Assembly: GCA_030041155.1 (NCBI GenBank)
Contig: JASHOJ010000142.1
Span: 437 to 64,436 of the forward strand
Reading direction: 5' to 3'
Length of the DNA stretch: 64,000 nt
Source: Candidatus Binataceae bacterium
GTDB taxonomy: Bacteria; Desulfobacterota; Binatia; Binatales; Binataceae
This document shows positions 1 through 9,632 of this stretch, piece by piece; positions within the stretch are counted from its first letter, which is position 1, and every line of letters begins with the position of its first letter. Position numbers and translations under genes: made by a program. The notes beneath the pieces are model-generated. The model had not been told where the DNA came from. It did no database searches and was given only the letters and a program-made list of their open reading frames with translations.

Positions 1-1
1 G

Positions 2-1393
2 CGCCAGAACCGGGGCGCTGACAAGTCCGTCCTGAAGAACGCGCTCAAGCAGGAGCGCATCAAACAGCGGATCGTTATGCGCGAGGCGGCTGAGGCCAGG
101 CTACTGCGAGCGATTGAGGGACCGCGCCAGCTACAGGAAGTGATGACCGCGTTTTGGTTCAATCACTTCAACATCTTTGCGGGCAAAGGTCTCGATAACA
201 TCTGGACCGGATCATTTGAGGAGACCGCGATCCGGCCGCATACAATGGGCAGCTTTCGCGCGCTACTAGGCGCAACGGCAAAGCATCCGGCTATGCTGTT
301 TTACCTCGATAACTGGCAGAACACCGCGCCGGGCAGCGAAGGCGCCAAAGGCAGGTTCGAGGGGATCAACGAAAACTACGCGCGCGAGCTGATGGAGCTG
401 CACACGCTCGGAGTCGGCGGCGGATACACGCAGGCCGACGTCATCACGCTCGCGCATATCCTCACCGGATGGGGATTCACGCGTGAAAATCCAAATCGGC
501 GAATGGAAGCCGGCGGCTTCGGTCGATTCCGATACGGATTCAGGCGGCGAAACATGTTCGCGCCCCCGCCGCCCACACCTGACCTGTTCTACTTCGACGC
601 TTCGCGCCACGATTTCTCATCGAAGATCTTTCTCGGGCGCACAATCGAAGGCGGCGGACTCGCCGAGGGCGAACATGCCCTCGACATCCTCGCGAGCCAT
701 CCTTCCACCGCGCGGCATCTGAGTTTTCAACTGGCGCAGTTTTTTGTCGCCGATAATCCGCCGCCCGCACTGGTTGATCGCATGAGCTCGCAATATCTGG
801 CGACGGGCGGCGACATCCGCGAGGTTCTGGCGACGATGTTCTCTTCGCCCGAGTTCTGGGACCCGGGTTGCTACCGCGCCAAGTTCAAGTCCCCGTATCA
901 GTACGTCATCTCGTGCGTGCGCGCGACCGGAATCCAGGTGCGCAACTATCGTCCGCTGTATGGGACGATGCAGCTTCTTGGACATCGGCTCTATGGATGT
1001 CAGACGCCGAACGGATACTCCAATACGCGCGACGCCTGGCTGAATCCCGACGGCATGATGATGCGGCTCAGCTTCGCGACCGCGCTGGCGAGCGGTTCGC
1101 TGCCGCTCGAGCGGCCGCCGTTCGAAGAAGACGGTGCGGAGCCCGCGGTTGTCAGCCGCAGCGGAGGCGGAGCTGCTCGCGTGAATTTCGATTCGCCAGA
1201 TCGCGTCGATGCTCTTTCGCACGGCGGCCCAGCTATGGATGAGGCCGCAAAGTCTGCGCCGGCTGACGCCGATGCGCTTGCTCATACGCTCGGCCATTCG
1301 TTCGGTGACAACACCGCGCGGGCGATTGCTGCGGCGCCTGAGCGGCTGCGCGCAGCGATGATCCTGGGAAGCCCCGAGTTCATGACCCGCTAG
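2..1393 (+). CDS. DUF1800 family protein (5' partial; reading frame is open to window edge)
   Basis: Translation contains the characteristic DUF1800 block ...MELHTLGVGGGYTQADVITLAHILTGWGF.... The frame has no stop back to nt 2, so the true start lies upstream of the window. Followed 17 nt later by a DUF1501 gene, the conserved partner. Confidence 0.8.
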   Translation, partial: RQNRGADKSVLKNALKQERIKQRIVMREAAEARLLRAIEGPRQLQEVMTAFWFNHFNIFAGKGLDNIWTGSFEETAIRPHTMGSFRALLGATAKHPAMLFYLDNWQNTAPGSEGAKGRFEGINENYARELMELHTLGVGGGYTQADVITLAHILTGWGFTRENPNRRMEAGGFGRFRYGFRRRNMFAPPPPTPDLFYFDASRHDFSSKIFLGRTIEGGGLAEGEHALDILASHPSTARHLSFQLAQFFVADNPPPALVDRMSSQYLATGGDIREVLATMFSSPEFWDPGCYRAKFKSPYQYVISCVRATGIQVRNYRPLYGTMQLLGHRLYGCQTPNGYSNTRDAWLNPDGMMMRLSFATALASGSLPLERPPFEEDGAEPAVVSRSGGGAARVNFDSPDRVDALSHGGPAMDEAAKSAPADADALAHTLGHSFGDNTARAIAAAPERLRAAMILGSPEFMTR

Positions 1394-1410
1394 ATATTCA
1401 GGAGCAACTA

Positions 1411-2727
1411 ATGGAACCGCTCGATGAGAAAGCACTCGCGCCAGAATCGCGATGCGAACTCTGTTCGCAAACCGAGCCGACCTTGTCGCGGCGCGCGTTT
1501 CTCCGGCGCGCCGCCCTGCTCTCCGCCACTGGAATCGTCCTTTTGAGTCCGCATGCATGGGCGGGGCGCGCGCTGGCGTCATCGGGGGGCAATCGCAATC
1601 GCCTCGTGGTCGTCTTCCTGCGCGGCGCGGTTGATGGTTTGAACGTCGTGGTTCCTCATGGAGACTCGGTCTATTACGAGTCGCGGCCCACGATCGCGGT
1701 CGGACGGACCGGCGCCGATGGAGGCGTGCTCGATCTCGACGGCTACTTCGGGCTTCATCCCGCGCTCGCATCGTTGATGCCGATGTGGCGCGAAGGCACG
1801 CTCGCTTTCATTCACGCGTGCGGCTCCCCGGATCCAACCCGCTCTCATTTTGACGCGCAGGATTACATGGAAAGCGGAACTCCGGGAATCAAAACTACTC
1901 AGGACGGATGGCTGAATCGCACGCTCGCCCAGCTTCCGGGAGCCCACGCGCCGACTGAGGCTCTCAGCATGGGGCCAACTATGCCGCGAATTCTTTCAGG
2001 CAAAATGCCGGTTGCGAATATGCCGCTTGGGCGTGCCGCCGCGCGTCCGATGCCGCTCGACCATCCGATCATCGAAGCGGCTTTTGATCGAATGTATGCC
2101 GGCGACGATGAAATGAGCACCGCGTATCGCGACGGACGCGCCGCGCGGAAAAAGCTTATCTCCGAACTGCAGCAGGATATGGCCGCCGCCGATGCCGGCG
2201 CGCCCTCACCGCAAGGCTTCTCACAGGATACCGACCGGCTGGCGCATCTCATCTCGCGCGATTCGTCGATTCGAGTCGCGTTCCTTGCGCTCGGCGGATG
2301 GGACACGCATGTGAGTGAAGGCGCGTCACAGGGACAGCTCGCAGCTCATCTGCGGCCGCTTGCCGAAGGGCTCGCAAGCTTCAAACAGGCGCTCGGCCCC
2401 GCCTATCAGGATACGACGATCCTGGTCATCTCGGAGTTCGGACGTACGATGCGCGAAAACGGAAACGCCGGCACCGATCACGGTCACGGAAACGTGATGT
2501 GGGTGATGGGCGGAAACGTAAGCGGCGCGAAAGTATATGGCAGATGGCCGGGACTTGGCTCCGGCGATCTGTACCAGGATCGCGATCTCGCCGTGACGAC
2601 TGATTTTCGCGATCCCGCCGCCGCCGTACTCAGCTCGCAGATGGGTCTCACCGACGCGCAGATTGACCGCGTGTTTCCCGGCCGGCCGCGCGCCGGCAAC
2701 ACTATCGTGGGATTACTGAAGACTTAG
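1411..2727 (+). CDS. DUF1501 family protein, Tat-exported
   Basis: N-terminus SRRAFLRRAALLSATG is a twin-arginine (S-R-R-x-F-L) signal. The sulfatase-like DUF1501 body is present, and the gene forms the conserved DUF1800-DUF1501 pair. Confidence 0.85.
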   Translation: MEPLDEKALAPESRCELCSQTEPTLSRRAFLRRAALLSATGIVLLSPHAWAGRALASSGGNRNRLVVVFLRGAVDGLNVVVPHGDSVYYESRPTIAVGRTGADGGVLDLDGYFGLHPALASLMPMWREGTLAFIHACGSPDPTRSHFDAQDYMESGTPGIKTTQDGWLNRTLAQLPGAHAPTEALSMGPTMPRILSGKMPVANMPLGRAAARPMPLDHPIIEAAFDRMYAGDDEMSTAYRDGRAARKKLISELQQDMAAADAGAPSPQGFSQDTDRLAHLISRDSSIRVAFLALGGWDTHVSEGASQGQLAAHLRPLAEGLASFKQALGPAYQDTTILVISEFGRTMRENGNAGTDHGHGNVMWVMGGNVSGAKVYGRWPGLGSGDLYQDRDLAVTTDFRDPAAAVLSSQMGLTDAQIDRVFPGRPRAGNTIVGLLKT

Positions 2728-2760
2728 CCGCACGTCCATGCTACTGCCAGATAGCGTAGC

Positions 2761-3513
2761 ATGGCGGCAAATAATCGAATCTACGATCAGCACGGCTTCG
2801 ACGCGCGTTTTGATTGGGGCCCTGACGGTGCGGTCGAACTCGGCAGCGAAGCCAAGGTTGTGATCGTTGTCGATGTCTTGTCGTTTTCGACCGCGGTCGA
2901 TGTCGCGGTATCGCATGGTGCGCAGCTCTATCCGAGCCTGGCGGATGGTGGAGCGGCCGCTGCACTTGCGAACCGGATCGCTGGTATTGCAACGGTGCCC
3001 CGGCGCCTGGTTAATAGCGCAAATCCCTTTTCATTGTCGCCTCAAACGATGAACGGGGCGAGTGCGGGCATGAAGATCGTGGTCGCGTCGCCCAACGGCG
3101 CGCGAGTCGCATTGGCCGCGGGCAAAACGCCGGCCACCGTTCTTGCCGGATGCATCCGCAACGCGATCGCCGTCGCTGAAGCCGCGCTTCGGATCGGCGG
3201 CCCGATTGCCATTATCGCCGCCGGCGAGCGATGGCGCGCGACCGGCGCAATCCGTCCCGCTTTTGAGGATCTCGTCGGCGCGGGTGCAATAATCGACGCA
3301 CTCGGTTCAATCACCATGTCGCCCGAAGCGCGCGCGGCGCTTGGTGCATTTCACGCGGTTGAAAACAATTTGCCGGACGCCATTGCCACATGCGCATCGG
3401 GACGCGAACTGATCGCCAGTGGCTTCCCGCAGGATGTCGAGTACGCCGCCGCACGTGACGTGAGTCGATCGGTCCCGGTACTGCGCGCCGGTGCCTTCTT
3501 CGCGCAGCCGTAG
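2761..3513 (+). CDS. 2-phosphosulfolactate phosphatase (ComB)-like family protein
   Basis: N-terminal motif KVVIVVDVLSFSTAV matches the ComB-family (V)IDVLRA(T/S)T block. Length is 250 aa. Confidence 0.55.
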   Translation: MAANNRIYDQHGFDARFDWGPDGAVELGSEAKVVIVVDVLSFSTAVDVAVSHGAQLYPSLADGGAAAALANRIAGIATVPRRLVNSANPFSLSPQTMNGASAGMKIVVASPNGARVALAAGKTPATVLAGCIRNAIAVAEAALRIGGPIAIIAAGERWRATGAIRPAFEDLVGAGAIIDALGSITMSPEARAALGAFHAVENNLPDAIATCASGRELIASGFPQDVEYAAARDVSRSVPVLRAGAFFAQP

Positions 3514-3524
3514 ACGCGGATAGA

Positions 3525-3884
3525 TCAATCTTGCGGCAGCGAGAAACTCCTGCCGTCAGTATGCCCCAGCGAGACTTTCGCCAGATCGATGCGATCAACG
3601 CAGCGCGCGTTGACGGAGATCTTGTCCGGCTGCGATCGCGGTTTGCGCAGCACCGCGACTCCGCACACGGGACAGAAGTAATGCCGCGCCGCTCGCGTGC
3701 CCCAGACATATGTCGAGAGCGATTCCCACGGCGTCAGCATCTTGAGCTGCGATGGCTCGATCATCCAATGCAGGTAGCCGGCTTTGGAGCAGATCGAGCA
3801 ATTGCAGTCGGAGATCCGATCGAGCACGCCAGTCACTTCGAATCTGACCCGGCCACAGTGGCATCCGCCGCTATAGGTTTGCAT
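3525..3884 (-). CDS. GFA (glutathione-dependent formaldehyde-activating) / CENP-V family protein
   Basis: Zinc-binding Cys pattern GGCHCGRVRF ... CNCSICSK, typical of the GFA family. Size 119 aa. Confidence 0.8.
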   Translation of the reverse strand: MQTYSGGCHCGRVRFEVTGVLDRISDCNCSICSKAGYLHWMIEPSQLKMLTPWESLSTYVWGTRAARHYFCPVCGVAVLRKPRSQPDKISVNARCVDRIDLAKVSLGHTDGRSFSLPQD

Positions 3885-3968
3885 TGCCGGTACGCTCCTT
3901 GGCCGTGATACGCGCGCGGGCCCTCCGTCGTAAACGGAAGGCCCGCGAAGCTCACATCCAGTAATTGA

Positions 3969-4766
3969 TCAGCGCTGTTCCTGCTGCAGCTTCGCGTCTT
4001 CCGCCCGCAGTTTTGCGAGTTTCTGGTCAGTGGGAATCAGATCGCGGTCTATCTTCTTCGAGGCAAGCTGAGAGCTGTGCTGGCTTGGCAATTCGCCATC
4101 AATTTTTTCCAGTGCTTCCTTGGCAAGCCGCCGCACCATCGGGCTCTTATCTTCATCAGCGGTCTTGATCAGAATCGGCGTCGCTTTGTCACTGCCAATC
4201 TCGCCGAGCGCGAACACTGCCGTGCCGCGCGCCTGGTCGTCAGTCTGCTCCTCCAGATACTGCATCACCGGCAGCACACCCTTGAAGTCGCCAATGCGGC
4301 CGAGAGCGGCCACCGCGTGCAGCTTGACCGCGGGTTCCGTCTGGCGCAGGAACAAAAGCTGCCCCATCGGATCAACCGCCTCGTTAGCTTCGCGCGATCC
4401 CAGGATATCGATCGCTTTCATCTTCACACGGATGTCGGGGTCGCTCATGCTTTGAATCAGGATGCGATTGACTTCGGGATCGTCGAGATTGCGCAACTTG
4501 TTCAATTCGCCTACCCGCACATTGGGATCGGCGTCCTTGAGCCCGAGCTTCACGTCCTTGATAATCTTGAAAGCCGACTCCTTCTGCGCGCGGGTAGCAA
4601 CATCGTCAACACCGGCTTTCATCATTCCTTGGTGCATCATTGGACTGTTGGTAATGGCGCTTCCCAAGCCTTCACCACCGACCTCGTCCTGAGCGCGGGC
4701 AGCGAAAGGAACGAGCAGAAAAGCACAAATCGCAACAACCCAGAATACAATTCGGCCTTTCGACAT
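3969..4766 (-). CDS. HEAT-repeat protein with N-terminal signal/TM segment
   Basis: Track ORF is trimmed to the internal ATG at 4766 (MSKGRIVFWVVAICAFLLVPFAARA), which has GGAGG upstream. Repeated DPxVR/AxxALG HEAT-like units follow (DPNVRVGELNKL, DPDIRVKMKAIDILG, SPMVRRLAKEALEKI). Confidence 0.7.
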   Translation of the reverse strand: MSKGRIVFWVVAICAFLLVPFAARAQDEVGGEGLGSAITNSPMMHQGMMKAGVDDVATRAQKESAFKIIKDVKLGLKDADPNVRVGELNKLRNLDDPEVNRILIQSMSDPDIRVKMKAIDILGSREANEAVDPMGQLLFLRQTEPAVKLHAVAALGRIGDFKGVLPVMQYLEEQTDDQARGTAVFALGEIGSDKATPILIKTADEDKSPMVRRLAKEALEKIDGELPSQHSSQLASKKIDRDLIPTDQKLAKLRAEDAKLQQEQR

Positions 4767-4806
4767 TTCAGGAGTCCTCCGCGATCGGCCAGAATTATCG
4801 GTCACC

Positions 4807-5721
4807 ATGGATCGTAATGCAAGCAATGACGGCGCAGAATGGCGCGTCGCACCAGCGGGCGCACACAAGCGTGGTTTGGCATTAATAGCACTCGTGTGCG
4901 CCGCCGCGCTGCTCGCAACCGCCGCGTCCGCGGCGCGCCCGGCACGCAGGCATCCCACTCCCGTGCCGACTCCTCAGGCGCTGCCGGCAGATATCAAAGT
5001 GCCGCAGTACGAAGCTGGGGCGATGCCCTTTCATGACGGCGAAAAGCTGGTCTATCAGGCTTCGTGGATCGGAATTCTCGCGGCGCGCGCGCGATTCACA
5101 CTCCATCGCGACAAGCATGACCCCTCGATGTGGACCGCGGAGGCGTGGGTCGAAACCACGGCAGTGGTCGACGTGCTGTTTCGGATGCGCGATTACATGC
5201 GCGAGAGCTTTGCGGCTGATTCGCTTGAGACCAACGAAATCTATCAGCGCCAATCCGAGAATCGCCGCTTTGACGAATACACGATAAGCTTCGACCGGGA
5301 AAAGGATCTGGTTGTGTCGAAGAAAAAAAATCACAAAGGCGTGCTGACCCGCGAATTTATCGCGAGCAATCCGTGGGGCCCGATTTCTGGTGCGATGATG
5401 GCGCTGACCCAGGCGCTGACTCCCGGCTCCGATTATCGGTACGACGTGTTCAGCGGCACCAATCGCTACGTGTTCAGCTTCAAGGTCGATGACCGCGAGC
5501 GGATTCGCACCCCGATGGGGGTGTTCGACGCGCTCAAGATCACGCCCGGCGTAGTCTATCTGTCGAATGGAAAGCTCCGCAGCGAAGCAAGCGAAACCAC
5601 GATTTGGGTAAGCGCCGACAAACGTCGTCTTCCGCTTCGGATGGAAGCGTCGGCGTTTATCGGCACCGTAACCGCGGATCTGGTGGAGGTTGATGGTAGC
5701 GACTCGATCGCAAGCCGTTAA
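4807..5721 (+). CDS. secreted hypothetical protein (possibly DUF3108-like)
   Basis: Hydrophobic signal-like N-terminus (LALIALVCAAALLATAASAA). No recognisable catalytic motif. Family assignment is from memory only. Confidence 0.45.
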   Translation: MDRNASNDGAEWRVAPAGAHKRGLALIALVCAAALLATAASAARPARRHPTPVPTPQALPADIKVPQYEAGAMPFHDGEKLVYQASWIGILAARARFTLHRDKHDPSMWTAEAWVETTAVVDVLFRMRDYMRESFAADSLETNEIYQRQSENRRFDEYTISFDREKDLVVSKKKNHKGVLTREFIASNPWGPISGAMMALTQALTPGSDYRYDVFSGTNRYVFSFKVDDRERIRTPMGVFDALKITPGVVYLSNGKLRSEASETTIWVSADKRRLPLRMEASAFIGTVTADLVEVDGSDSIASR

Positions 5722-6275
5722 CGGCCTCGCAATCGATCGAGGATTATCGCGCCGGCCGCTCGAACCGACAGATGATTGTAGTCATCGGCGCCGGAAATTG
5801 CGTCGAGCAGGATATCGGCGCGCTCGGCGACCTCGGGCGCAAGCCCGAAGCCGGTGCCCAGCAGGACCATTGCCGGCGGCGCATCGCCTCGCGCAAGGCG
5901 CGCACGCAAATCCGCGAACTTGACTGCGCCGCAGTTGCGGGCCGAGGTATGCACCAGAATCGGTACGGCGCCCGAGATCTTTTCCGCCTCGTTGCGCGCA
6001 TCGTCGAGCGTCGCCACGACCCTGATCAGCTCCAGTGCCTCGCGGCGGCGCGAATCGAACGATCGTCCGAAATCAAAACGCCAATGCTCGATCACGTCGG
6101 CAGCGAACTCGCGCTGCGAGGGGACCGGATGCACGACAAAAAATGCGCGAACGCCATAGGTGCGCGATGAGCGCGCGAGATCGTGAAGGTCGAGACTGGT
6201 TATCGCAGAGGTGACAATCCCGCCGTTGCGGTTGACGACCGGATGATGCAGCAGCGCCAGAAAAAGATCGGACAC
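5718..6275 (-). CDS. putative SPOUT-class RNA methyltransferase (small, trmD-linked)
   Basis: 185-aa ORF immediately downstream of trmD on the same strand. Resembles the ~180-aa predicted RNA methyltransferase family frequently found next to trmD. Not verified. Confidence 0.45.
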   Translation of the reverse strand: MSDLFLALLHHPVVNRNGGIVTSAITSLDLHDLARSSRTYGVRAFFVVHPVPSQREFAADVIEHWRFDFGRSFDSRRREALELIRVVATLDDARNEAEKISGAVPILVHTSARNCGAVKFADLRARLARGDAPPAMVLLGTGFGLAPEVAERADILLDAISGADDYNHLSVRAAGAIILDRLRGR

Positions 6276-6276
6276 G

Positions 6277-6960
6277 TCAGGACTTGCGTTCCGCCAGATC
6301 TGGCCGGCGATGCGCGGTCCGCTCTCTGGCCTGCGCTTCCCGCCACTTCTGAATTCGCGCGTGATTGCCCGATAGAAGCACTTCAGGCACCCGCATCCCG
6401 CGAAATTCCTCGGGCCGCGTGTACTGCGGATATTCCAGGCTGCCGGAGCCGAATGACTCTTCGTTTAATGAGTCGGGATTTCCGAGCACGCCCGGAATCA
6501 GCCGTCCGACCGTCTCGATTATCACCATCGCGGCGATTTCTCCTCCACTCAAAACATAATCTCCAATCGATAACTCCTGGTCGACCAGCGATCGCACCCT
6601 CTCGTCAATTCCCTCGTAGCGACCCGCGATGAGCATCAGCGGAGCGCCGCGATTTGCGAATTCGCGCGCCATCGATTGGTTCATGACCTCGCCTTGCGGA
6701 GTCAGCAGAATTTTCCTGATGCCGGGATTTGCCGATGCGACAGTTTCGATCGCGGCCGCCAGTGGTTCCACCCGCATCACCATCCCGCTGCCCCCGCCGT
6801 AAGGCGTATCGTCTACCTGCTTGTAATTCCCGAGGCCAAACGGGCGCAAAGGATGTGTCCGGATAGTGATTTTTGCTTGTTCGAGCGCCCGCCCGATAAT
6901 GCCGCCGCGAAACGTGGATTCGAACATTTCGGGAAATAGCGTTATGACGTGAAACTCCAT
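6277..6960 (-). CDS. trmD: tRNA (guanine37-N1)-methyltransferase
   Basis: [15 protein letters not shown]...YGGGSGMVM... is canonical TrmD. The upstream extension in the track ORF was trimmed to ATG at 6960. Confidence 0.9.
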   Translation of the reverse strand: MEFHVITLFPEMFESTFRGGIIGRALEQAKITIRTHPLRPFGLGNYKQVDDTPYGGGSGMVMRVEPLAAAIETVASANPGIRKILLTPQGEVMNQSMAREFANRGAPLMLIAGRYEGIDERVRSLVDQELSIGDYVLSGGEIAAMVIIETVGRLIPGVLGNPDSLNEESFGSGSLEYPQYTRPEEFRGMRVPEVLLSGNHARIQKWREAQARERTAHRRPDLAERKS

Positions 6961-7160
6961 AAGTCCTGCGCCAAATCTATTCCCGGCGTCATCCTTCCAC
7001 CAGACTCGTTTTAGCAACAAGGCCTGACGTGCTTCGCCTGATAGATGGGTATAAGCCGCGCCGCGCGCACGCCCGGGCTCGACCACACTCGACCGCGTTC
7101 AACCACACTCTTGCAGGCACAGTTTTTCGGATGCTACTTAGCTCAAAACCGGAGGAACGG

Positions 7161-7727
7161 ATGAAGCCAACCAGCATGCCCTTCGCGGTCTCGGCCGCTC
7201 TCGCTCTGGCGATCGCGCTCGCGATCGCGCCCGTGACCGCACGCGCTCAGAAGAGCTCCGCGAACGATGCCGCCATCACCGCCGCCGCGCAGAAAATCTA
7301 CAAGGCAATCGCCGATGACGACGCCGATGCCGCCCGCGCGCTAGTGGTCAAAAAGTACGCTAAAAAAGTTACCAAAGAGAGCATGCGTCCCACCCAGACC
7401 GGGCCGAAGCTTGGCGTCGCATTCGATGGCAATGTCAAAATTCTTCGTTCAACCGACAAAGATGCCGTCGTGCAGGCCACGATGTTCACGCCGCCGAGCG
7501 ATGTCCCCAAAGGCGAGGCCGACAAACTCGACGTCTACCTGGTCAATCAAAACGGCACCTGGCTAGCCGATGCTCCGGACCACAAGCAGGCAGGAACCGA
7601 CGCGACGATGGATGGCGGATGGTACCACTCGGGCGCGTTCACCTGGTGCCCGAACCGGGGACTTGAGTACGTGGGCAGCCACTTCAGCAACAAGCTGAAT
7701 TGCCGCGCAACCGCCGTCTGCCGATAG
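7161..7727 (+). CDS. secreted hypothetical protein
   Basis: Internal ATG at 7161 preceded by GGAGG. Signal peptide MKPTSMPFAVSAALALAIALAIAPVTARA. Confidence 0.5.
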   Translation: MKPTSMPFAVSAALALAIALAIAPVTARAQKSSANDAAITAAAQKIYKAIADDDADAARALVVKKYAKKVTKESMRPTQTGPKLGVAFDGNVKILRSTDKDAVVQATMFTPPSDVPKGEADKLDVYLVNQNGTWLADAPDHKQAGTDATMDGGWYHSGAFTWCPNRGLEYVGSHFSNKLNCRATAVCR

Positions 7728-7738
7728 GACCGCGGCCT

Positions 7739-9481
7739 CTAGCGCCTGGCCGGAACGATCGGCAGCGTCAGATACGACGCGAACGCGCGATCATGCATCA
7801 CGGTTTGCATCGCGCTGGCAAGTTCAGCGTCCGTGAACAGATCGTGACCCGTGTTCGGATTGCGATCGAACCGTGGAAAGTTCGAGCTTGAGATTTCGAG
7901 TCGAATCCGATGGCCGGCCTTGAATACGTTCGACGTGTTCCACATGTCGATCTTGAATTCTGCGACTTTGCCCGGCGTAAGCATCCGCGCGCTAGATTGT
8001 GACTCGCGAAAGCGAGCGCGCAAGATGCCGTCGGTCAGATTTCGCGCAAATCCGCATGGGCCCACATCGACCAGTTTGGCCGTGAAATCAGTGTCCGGCG
8101 CTGACGATGAGGCGTAAAGCGTAAGCTCAATCCGGCCGGTCACTTCCGTGTCTTGCGCAAGCGGCTCGGTCGAATAGACCAGCACATCCGAGCGCGACTC
8201 TATACCGGCCTGATCGAACGCGCCGCCGGACAGTGCGGCCGGATAGCAGCAAAGCCCGCCGCCATTGGTTGGCACTGGATCGAGCGGATTGAAGAGATAG
8301 GCGTCCGACGGCTCATCGGCCGGCGGTTCGAGAGAGAGCGCGCCATCGCCGCCCGCGGAATTCGCCCGCCCGCGGCTGTGCAGGTAGTAGCGGCGCACCT
8401 CGGTGCCGGGAATCGGCCATTCTCTTTCCTCACGCCACTGATTGATCCCCATCACAAACAAGCGCACGGCGGGATCGTTGGGAAACTCCCTGCCCTTCAA
8501 GTGATGGTCGAAAAATCTGAGTTGCTGGCCGTCGATATCCGCGGAAACCGCTCCGGTCTGGTAGCCGAAATCGACCGACCCGACCAGGTTTGCGAATGGG
8601 ACCGCGTGATTCCAGGGACCAACTACCAGCCGCTGCCCCGCCCGCGCGGCATTGCTCGCGCCATGCGATCGCATCCCAAGATAGTTTCGAATCGCGCCGC
8701 CCTGAAAGATGTCGTACCAGCCGGAGATATTGAACGCGGGCACGCCGATTTTCGCGTGACTTTCCTCAATGCACAGCGAACGCCAGTAGCTATCGTAGCT
8801 TGGATGCCGCAGCCAATCGAAAAAGTACGGCGCGCCGTGCTGGAACATCGGAAATTCCAACAGCGGCAGATGCGTCATCGTCGAGAGCATCCTGTCGATC
8901 GATCCGATGGTGGCGGCAAGCTCCGCCGACACTGCGGGATTTTTCTCACGCTCGCGCAACAGGCGCGCCGGCGCCAGCGCTCCCATCGTCCACGAAACGT
9001 TGAAGAACAGCGCAAAGGCGCCGCCCTGGTACGTCCATCCGTCGTGATAATCGCTTGCAGTTATCGACGGCGCCATCGCCTTGAGCGAAGGCGGCGCGGC
9101 GGTCGCGGCCAGCCACTGAGTCACTCCCATATAGGAGGCGCCATAAGTGCCGACTTTGCCGTCCGACCACGGCTGCCGCGCGGCCCACTCGATAGTGTCG
9201 TAACCGTCGCGAGCCTCATCGGTAAAGCAGTTGAAAACGCCCTCGGAGGCAAACCGGCCGCGGCAATCCTGCACCATCACGTTGTAGCCGGCTTCGGCGG
9301 CGCGAATCGCGTCCAGGGTCATCGCGAACACCATCGGCAGCGCCTTGTTGTAGGGCGTTCGACTGAGCAGAACCGGCAGCTTTTCTGATCCTTCGGGGCG
9401 ATAGAGATCTGCGCGCAGCACCACGCCGTCACGCATCGGGACCGGGATATTCCTTTCAACAATAACGCGCGCCATCGGCAA
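7739..9481 (-). CDS. CocE/NonD family hydrolase (S15 peptidase/X-Pro dipeptidyl-peptidase family)
   Basis: N-terminus VERNIPVPMRDGVVLRADLYRPEGSEKLPVLLSRTPYNK is the CocE/NonD signature, followed by an alpha/beta hydrolase body. 580 aa. Confidence 0.85.
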   Translation of the reverse strand: MPMARVIVERNIPVPMRDGVVLRADLYRPEGSEKLPVLLSRTPYNKALPMVFAMTLDAIRAAEAGYNVMVQDCRGRFASEGVFNCFTDEARDGYDTIEWAARQPWSDGKVGTYGASYMGVTQWLAATAAPPSLKAMAPSITASDYHDGWTYQGGAFALFFNVSWTMGALAPARLLREREKNPAVSAELAATIGSIDRMLSTMTHLPLLEFPMFQHGAPYFFDWLRHPSYDSYWRSLCIEESHAKIGVPAFNISGWYDIFQGGAIRNYLGMRSHGASNAARAGQRLVVGPWNHAVPFANLVGSVDFGYQTGAVSADIDGQQLRFFDHHLKGREFPNDPAVRLFVMGINQWREEREWPIPGTEVRRYYLHSRGRANSAGGDGALSLEPPADEPSDAYLFNPLDPVPTNGGGLCCYPAALSGGAFDQAGIESRSDVLVYSTEPLAQDTEVTGRIELTLYASSSAPDTDFTAKLVDVGPCGFARNLTDGILRARFRESQSSARMLTPGKVAEFKIDMWNTSNVFKAGHRIRLEISSSNFPRFDRNPNTGHDLFTDAELASAMQTVMHDRAFASYLTLPIVPARR

Positions 9482-9632
9482 CTCACCTCACGATCGCGCT
9501 TCTAACGCGCGCGGCGCGCGATGCGCAAGCGCGCGAGTCTGACTCGCGCGAGCATCACAGGAAGATTCATCGACTATCGATATACGAGGGCAACCGGCTC
9601 AGACACCCGATGTGGTAACATCCGCGCCGATT

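Noticed and set aside
617-1771. 384-aa minus-strand ORF spanning the DUF1800/DUF1501 junction
   Set aside because: Arg-rich (RRxRRS...) composition typical of an antisense shadow ORF in high-GC DNA. It overlaps two well-supported genes on the plus strand.
3911-3945. Hairpin GCGGGCCCTCCG...CGGAAGGCCCGC between the GFA and HEAT genes as an intrinsic terminator
   Set aside because: Stem is present, but there is no U-tract on the relevant (minus) strand. Possibly a Rho-independent-like stabiliser only, so not annotated.
6961-7086. N-terminal 42-codon extension of the trmD track ORF (and similar extensions on the HEAT, FAH, ECH, GNAT, amidase, BNR and TPR-lipoprotein ORFs)
   Set aside because: The internal ATG/GTG with GGAGG-type RBS coincides with the conserved family N-terminus. 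The extensions are Arg-rich and overlap neighbouring genes.
8153-9388. 411-aa plus-strand ORF inside the CocE/NonD gene
   Set aside because: Antisense to a gene with clear family signatures. Arg/Pro/Gly-rich with no motifs.
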